From Chthoniobacteraceae bacterium (GTDB lineage Bacteria > Verrucomicrobiota > Verrucomicrobiia > Chthoniobacterales > Chthoniobacteraceae), in contig JANNXQ010000085.1 in NCBI GenBank assembly GCA_031409655.1, positions 1-11,636 on the forward strand: DNA of 11,636 bases, given 5' to 3'. A model generated the notes under the pieces. It was given only the letters and a program-made list of their open reading frames with translations. It was not told where the DNA came from and made no database searches. This document shows positions 7,066 to 11,636 of this stretch, one piece after another. The position numbers and the translations under genes are program-made. Positions within the stretch are counted from its first letter, which is position 1; every line of letters starts with the position of its first letter.

Positions 7066-7320
7066 TCACCGCAGCGGCCAGAAGCGCGGGACGAGCAGGA
7101 TGGCCGGGGCGGAGACGATCACCGTCAGGAGCTCGCCGACTTTCAAGAAGTCCGCAAAGCGAGAGCGGCCCGGGCCGAATCCGTCGAACGCCCGCTCGAC
7201 CGGCCGCAGCGCCGTGAGTACGAGCGTCACCAGAAGGCCGGGCGCGATGGTGTCCGCGGTGAACCAATCGAGGGAGAAGAGCCCGACCGCGGCGAGCATG
7301 AGAGCGATTGGAAAAGTCGT
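7066..7320 (-). pseudogene. SLC13/DASS-family permease reduced to fused N- and C-termini by an internal deletion
   Basis: (ACG)TFPIALMLAAVGLFSLDWFTADTIAPGLLVTLVLTALRPVERAFDGFG resembles the family N-terminus (LF......D....L..L.L.G......AF.GF). It joins in frame near 7175 to PGRSRFADFLKVGELLTVIVSAPAILLVPRFWPLR*, the family C-terminus. The probable start codon is mutated from ATG to ACG. Confidence 0.72.
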
Positions 7321-7336
7321 CGCTTGCTGAATCGCC

Positions 7337-9079
7337 TCAAGCGCCTTGGCTGATCGGTGTCGCGTCGGTCTTGGGCAGCGCGGCGATTTCGCTGCTCCCA
7401 TCGTTCTTGAGCAGGAGCAGCCGATCGTGGAATTCCTTGAGCGTGGAGCGGTGGCCGACGCTGACGAAGGCGATGCCGGAGGCGCGCAGCTTTTCGTAGA
7501 GGAAGCGTTCGTTTTCCTCGTCGAGCGCGCTGGTGGCTTCGTCGAGAAATGCGATGGCGGGCTTTTTCAAAAAGAGCCGGGCGAAGGCGACGCGCTGCTG
7601 TTCGCCGAGGGAAAGTACGTTGGTCCAATCGATGACTTTGCCGAGATCGCTGCCGACGCGGGCGAAGATGTCGTGGAGGTTCACGTCTTCGAGGACGGCG
7701 GTGATGGCGGTGTCTTCGGCGTCTTCTTCGCCGAGCGGATACATGAGCTGCGCGCGGAGGTTGCCGGGCACCATGTAGGGTTTTTGTGGGAGGAAGATGA
7801 GGCGGTTGTGTGCAGGGCGATCGATCTGGCCTCCACCTGGAGCCCAGAGGCCGGCGATGGTGCGGAGGAGCGAGCTTTTGCCCGAGCCGCTCTCGCCCAT
7901 GACGAGCAGGCTGCCGCGCCGGGGAAGCTGAAGGCTGAGGTGCTGGGTCAGGGTTTTGTCGCCACCGGGCGTTTGCACGGTCACGTCGTCGAGCTTGAGC
8001 TGGAGGGCCTCATCGTTGATTTCGCCCTTCGCTTCCTCGGCCTCGCGGGCGTCCTCGGCGTCGAACTCATCGAGGTTGTCCCAGAGGTCGCCGAGGCGGC
8101 GGATGCCGGCGGTGAAGGAGCTGAGGCCCTCGATTTGCGCGATGATGATGGAGACGGCCGCGAGCACCGCGGCGAAGGCACCCTGGGCCTGGGTGACGAC
8201 GCCGAACTCCACCGTGCCGCGCATGAACATGGGGCCGACGATGAGGACGGGGATGATGAGGGCGAGGTAGTTGTAGCCGTTGGCGAAGAAGCCCAGGTTC
8301 CGCGTCCAGCCGATGATCCAGAAGGTGTTTTCCAGCACCGCGTTGAGGCGTTCGATGAGGTCGCGATGCTCGCGCTTTTCCCCGCGAAAGAAGGCGACGG
8401 ATTCCGCATTGTCGCGCACGCGGACGAGGCCGTAGCGGAAGGTGGCTTCTTTTTGATACTGATTGAAATAGAGGCCCACGAGCCGCCGCCCGAAGAGCAT
8501 GGAGATCCCGGTGCCGACCGTGGCATAGATGAAGAGAACGCCGACGAGCTGGCCCGAGACGGCCCACAGGACGCCGAGGAAGCCGATCAGCGTCACGACC
8601 GAGTTGACGATGACGAGAAAGAAATTCAGCACGCCGGTGGTGAAGAGTTTCGCGTCTTCCGCGATCCGCTGGTCGGGGTTGTCCACGCTCTCGGAGGCGC
8701 GGATGCGGTAGTAGGCGCGGTTGAAAAAATAGCGCTTGATGAGGAGCTGCGTCAGCCAGCGCCGCCAGGCGAGCGAGAGCCGCTCCTGCGAGTAGCGGTA
8801 GAAGACGCCGACGGGGACGGAGATCAGGCAGACGGCGAGATATTTCCAGATCCCGCGCACCCACGCCGCGTGGTCGCGCTGGGCGAGCGCGGTGATGAAA
8901 TCGCGCATCGCGTAGCTGAGGAAAACCTGGACGACCCCGACGGCGACGCAGAGCCCGAGCAAGGCCGCGAGCCACAGCCGCGCCTGCCGCTTCGCCCCGC
9001 CATTGAAGAAGGCTTTGGCGAGAACGAAGAACTTCCTGAACAGGACCAGGTGGGTTTTCCCGGCGTCGGACATGAGCAC
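7337..9079 (-). CDS. Fused ABC transporter permease/ATP-binding protein, YddA/Rv1819c/ABCD family
   Basis: DNPDQRIAED; EAA-like EATFRYGLVRVRDNAESVAFFRG; Walker A GESGSGKS; FLPQKPY; signature LSLGEQQR; Walker B AFLDEATSALD; SVGHR. Start is GTG9079 or ATG9073. Confidence 0.94.
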   Translation of the reverse strand: MLMSDAGKTHLVLFRKFFVLAKAFFNGGAKRQARLWLAALLGLCVAVGVVQVFLSYAMRDFITALAQRDHAAWVRGIWKYLAVCLISVPVGVFYRYSQERLSLAWRRWLTQLLIKRYFFNRAYYRIRASESVDNPDQRIAEDAKLFTTGVLNFFLVIVNSVVTLIGFLGVLWAVSGQLVGVLFIYATVGTGISMLFGRRLVGLYFNQYQKEATFRYGLVRVRDNAESVAFFRGEKREHRDLIERLNAVLENTFWIIGWTRNLGFFANGYNYLALIIPVLIVGPMFMRGTVEFGVVTQAQGAFAAVLAAVSIIIAQIEGLSSFTAGIRRLGDLWDNLDEFDAEDAREAEEAKGEINDEALQLKLDDVTVQTPGGDKTLTQHLSLQLPRRGSLLVMGESGSGKSSLLRTIAGLWAPGGGQIDRPAHNRLIFLPQKPYMVPGNLRAQLMYPLGEEDAEDTAITAVLEDVNLHDIFARVGSDLGKVIDWTNVLSLGEQQRVAFARLFLKKPAIAFLDEATSALDEENERFLYEKLRASGIAFVSVGHRSTLKEFHDRLLLLKNDGSSEIAALPKTDATPISQGA

Positions 9080-9469
9080 CTATCGCCGGATGAGAAGACC
9101 GGCGACGAAACCGGCGGCGAGGGCCACCAGCAAGGCTTTGCGCGGCTGCTGACTCACGCAATCCTCCGCCTCTTCACGCAGCGTGCGAACGCGCTGGCGG
9201 GTTTGTTCGTAAGCCTCGCCAGCGGCTCCGGTGACTTTCGCTTTCACATCCCCGGCGAAGTCCGTCGCGGCCGCTTGCAGATGATTGAGCAGTTCAATCA
9301 GCGCCTCCTCCGTGAGGCCGAGCTTCGTCTGCAGGCGACCGAGCAGTTCCTCGCCTTTGCCTTCGAGGAATTCGAGATCGTCGTCGGTGAGGAGCGCAAA
9401 TTTCTGCCGGAGCTGGCCTTTGATTTGGTGCCAGGAGCCATCGAAGATGAAGGGGTGCAAGGTGTTCAT
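9080..9469 (-). CDS. CsbD/YjbJ-family domain fused to a DUF883 (ElaB/YqjD)-type C-terminal membrane anchor
   Basis: GSWHQIKGQLRQKFALLTDDDLEFLEGKGEELLGRLQTKLG is CsbD-like. A helical linker leads to VSQQPRKALLVALAAGFVAGLLIRR, a DUF883-type tail. Confidence 0.88.
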   Translation of the reverse strand: MNTLHPFIFDGSWHQIKGQLRQKFALLTDDDLEFLEGKGEELLGRLQTKLGLTEEALIELLNHLQAAATDFAGDVKAKVTGAAGEAYEQTRQRVRTLREEAEDCVSQQPRKALLVALAAGFVAGLLIRR

Positions 9470-9477
9470 ACCTGATT

Positions 9478-9505
9478 ATCGCGGCGCGCGGCGTGTCCGG
9501 TCGTG
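9478..9505 (-). promoter_or_regulatory. YACR-N19-GCGAW motif, site 4 (upstream of csbD-like gene and ABC transporter)
   Basis: Minus strand CACG (9505-9502; extended CACGACCG), N19, GCGA (9482-9479) followed by TAAT. ATG9469 lies 9 nt downstream. Confidence 0.6.
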
Positions 9506-9545
9506 CAAAATGCGGGAATGTGACGCGGCTCTTTTTTAGAAAGCA

Positions 9546-9573
9546 TACGACCGCCCGCGCCATCATTCGCGAA
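9546..9573 (+). promoter_or_regulatory. YACR-N19-GCGAW motif, site 5 (upstream of the lipoprotein operon)
   Basis: TACG (9546-9549; extended TACGACCG), N19, GCGA (9569-9572) followed by ATGG. ATG9583 lies 10 nt downstream. Confidence 0.62.
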
Positions 9574-9582
9574 TGGACAGGC

Positions 9583-10086
9583 ATGAATCCACGCACATTT
9601 CCCCTGCTCGCTGTCGTCTCCGCTTTGGTTGCCGTCGCGGGTTGCGAACGCAAAACCGTGGTGGTGATCGAGCCGCCCAAACCGCTCGCGGAGCCGGTCG
9701 CGAAGACCCGGACGCTGGAAACTTCGCGCCTGGGATCGGCGGTCGATACCTTTGATCGCGAGCCGAACGCCGCCAATCACGCAGTGGCAAAGAAGGCGCT
9801 CGCGGAACTCGACGGCGAGATTGCGGAACTCGAAGAACTCGTGGCGAAGCGCAGTGGGAGCAGCCGGGAGGAGGCCGCGGTGAAATTGAAAAATCTCCAG
9901 GCTTATCGTGCGGCGGAGGTGACGCGCTTCACCGTGGCGCAGGCCAAAGCCCCGCTCGGCGCACAGCCGCCAGTCGATGCGCGATCCGGCGCGGACAAGG
10001 TGGAAGACACCGCAAAACGTGTCGGCAATTCCATCGAGGATGCGGCGCAAAAAGCGGGTGACGCCATCAAGAATGCCGTCCGCTAG
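9583..10086 (+). CDS. Lipoprotein with coiled-coil and LEA-like C-terminus (167 aa)
   Basis: MNPRTFPLLAVVSALVAVAGC signal with lipobox VAGC; helical segment ALAELDGEIAELEELVAK; paralogous fragment at 5889..6122 supports coding status. Confidence 0.85.
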   Translation: MNPRTFPLLAVVSALVAVAGCERKTVVVIEPPKPLAEPVAKTRTLETSRLGSAVDTFDREPNAANHAVAKKALAELDGEIAELEELVAKRSGSSREEAAVKLKNLQAYRAAEVTRFTVAQAKAPLGAQPPVDARSGADKVEDTAKRVGNSIEDAAQKAGDAIKNAVR

Positions 10087-10105
10087 TTCCCGCACTTTCA
10101 AGAAA

Positions 10106-10381
10106 ATGAAGGTGATCGGCTCCGAAAAACCGCCCACGCATCCCGCCGCCGCCCACTCGTGGCTCAACCATGCCGACGCCTTCGCCCGCCGAGAACCAAC
10201 GAAGGCGGTCGTGTCCGCATTTGGCGCGGGATTTCTGATCAACCTGCTTCCCATCGCGGCGATCGTTGGCGCACTCGCCGCCCTCGCCTGCACGCTGGTG
10301 CGACCGGCCCTGCTCTTCTTCGGCCTGCTCAAAGTGTGGGAACTCTGTCCTGCAAAAAACGACCCAACGCCTAATCCATGA
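10106..10381 (+). CDS. Small membrane protein with DUF883-like motif (91 aa)
   Basis: ADAFARREPTKAVVSAFGAGFLINLL followed by further hydrophobic segments. Its stop overlaps the next start (ATGA). Confidence 0.75.
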   Translation: MKVIGSEKPPTHPAAAHSWLNHADAFARREPTKAVVSAFGAGFLINLLPIAAIVGALAALACTLVRPALLFFGLLKVWELCPAKNDPTPNP

Positions 10382-10722
10382 ACACACGATCCGATCCCGC
10401 CACCGAGTGCGCGACAAAGCTCAATCGCCTGGCCCGCGAAAATCCCACGCGCTCCCTGCTCTTCGCCATTGGCTGCGGTCTCGCCGCCGGCCTCCTCGTG
10501 CGCGCACTGCAATCGCGTCCTTTGGAAAGTCGCGCGGCCCGCTTGCTGGATGAAATCCAGAACCGGCTGCACGGCCTCGCCGCACCCGTCCACCGGCACG
10601 CGGATCGTCTGGTCGAAAGCGGCGCGGGCACGGTCCGAAACGGCGTCGCCCATTTCCACGATCTCCAACTCTACCGCGGCCTGCGGAATCTTGGCCGCCG
10701 ATGCAAAAGCCTATTCCGCTAA
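10378..10722 (+). CDS. Small membrane-anchored protein with N-terminal DUF883-like motif (114 aa)
   Basis: ARENPTRSLLFAIGCGLAAGLLVR followed by an amphipathic helical region. Translationally coupled to the upstream gene by ATGA. Confidence 0.75.
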   Translation: MNTRSDPATECATKLNRLARENPTRSLLFAIGCGLAAGLLVRALQSRPLESRAARLLDEIQNRLHGLAAPVHRHADRLVESGAGTVRNGVAHFHDLQLYRGLRNLGRRCKSLFR

Positions 10723-10859
10723 TCCATCCAGAAAACCAACCAGCCATGAAACCCATCCTTGCCCCCACCGTGGCGATGGACAACACGCTGGTCGAATCCG
10801 GCGTTGTGAGTGGTCACTCGCCGCAGGATTGAGGGCGTTGCTCTGCCAAAGGCCGCAGT

Positions 10860-11636
10860 TCAAGCCCGACCCCGCAGCCACTCCCGCAGGAGGTTCAGGT
10901 CCAAGGGCTTGACCAGGTATTCGTCGAAGCCGGCGGCTCGCGCCTCGGCGCGGTCTTCATCGCTGCCGTATCCGCTCATCGCCACGAGAAAGGCGCCAGC
11001 CAGCGCGGGCATGCCGCGCAGTCGGCGGGCGACTTCGAAGCCGTCCATGCCGGGCAGGCCGATGTCCAACAGTACGACTTCGGGCAAAAACTCGGCGGCG
11101 ACGGTGACGGCATCCGGGCCGGTGAAAGCGGTGCGCGTTTCATGCCCGCGCCGGCGCTGGAGGATCGCCATGCTGCGCGTGGAGTCTTCGTTGTCGTCCA
11201 CGATGAGAATCCGCCGGGGCGCCTCATGCGCCGCGGGTGCCGCGGGCGGAGAATATTCGACGGGCGGCGCGGCCAGGATCGGGAGACGCACGATGAATTC
11301 GCTGCCGTGCCCGAGGCCTTCGCTTCGCGCCTCGACGCTGCCGCCGTGCAGCTTCACGAGCCGCTGGACGAGCGTGAGGCCGATGCCGAGTCCGCCGTGC
11401 GCGCGGTCGAGCGCCCGGGTGGCTTGGACGAAAAGATCGAAGATGTGCGGCAGCAGTTCCGGCGCGATCCCCATGCCGTTGTCGCGCACGCGCACGATGA
11501 TCTCCGCCGGCTCCGTTCCCTTCGCCGGAGCGCGCTCGGCGCTCAGTGAAATGGTCGAGCCGGCGTTGCTGTATTTGCAGGCATTGCCGAGGAGATTGCC
11601 GAAGACCTGCTCGAGCCGCGTGGCATCCGCATTCAA
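10860..11636 (-). CDS. Hybrid sensor histidine kinase/response regulator, C-terminal HATPase_c + REC (5' truncated by window edge)
   Basis: N box EQVFGNLLGNACKY, G1 DNGMGI, F box IFDLF and G2 GGLGIGL; REC motifs VDDN, LDIGLPGMDG, MSGYG and VKP. Confidence 0.94.
   Translation of the reverse strand: MNADATRLEQVFGNLLGNACKYSNAGSTISLSAERAPAKGTEPAEIIVRVRDNGMGIAPELLPHIFDLFVQATRALDRAHGGLGIGLTLVQRLVKLHGGSVEARSEGLGHGSEFIVRLPILAAPPVEYSPPAAPAAHEAPRRILIVDDNEDSTRSMAILQRRRGHETRTAFTGPDAVTVAAEFLPEVVLLDIGLPGMDGFEVARRLRGMPALAGAFLVAMSGYGSDEDRAEARAAGFDEYLVKPLDLNLLREWLRGRA

Larger units (their letters stand above)
5464..7161. repeat. Diverged direct repeat of about 100 bp (5464-5560 and 7065-7161), the two SLC13 3' ends
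   Basis: CTCACCGCAGCGGCCAGA..CGCGGGACGAGCAGGATGGC...GATCACCG..AGGAGC.CGCCGACTTTC.A.AA.TCCGCAAAGCG occurs in both copies. The encoded 32 aa are 24/32 identical. Confidence 0.9.

Noticed and set aside
7346..9475. 709-aa plus-strand ORF
   Set aside because: Antisense shadow of the ABC transporter and csbD-like genes, typical of high-GC codon usage; no recognisable motifs.
9466..10668. 400-aa minus-strand ORF
   Set aside because: Shadow across three plus-strand genes that have signal, TM and paralog support.

Overview
GC-rich bacterial window. A Verrucomicrobiota (Chthoniobacter-like) origin is inferred from protein style only and is unverified. The window opens with the 3' end of dnaN and a tRNA-Leu(CAG). 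About 11 kb of accessory, general-stress-type genes follow: a REC+PP2C (RsbU-like) phosphatase, a stand-alone receiver, a patatin/Omp85 (PlpD-like) gene, three small Thr-rich exported proteins, a YddA/ABCD-type ABC transporter, a CsbD-DUF883 fusion, a lipoprotein with a LEA-like tail, two small DUF883-like membrane proteins and the C-terminus of a hybrid sensor kinase. The region is visibly decaying, with six lesions: an AI-2E::iron-permease deletion fusion, a patatin frameshift, two SLC13 remnants, a codon-2 nonsense lipoprotein and a truncated lipoprotein paralog. The strongest unexplained signal is a bipartite motif, YACR(RCCG)-N19-GCGA(W), at exactly conserved spacing. It lies 9-13 nt before four start codons, with a fifth orphan copy. 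It is a candidate alternative-sigma promoter for a near-leaderless stress regulon.
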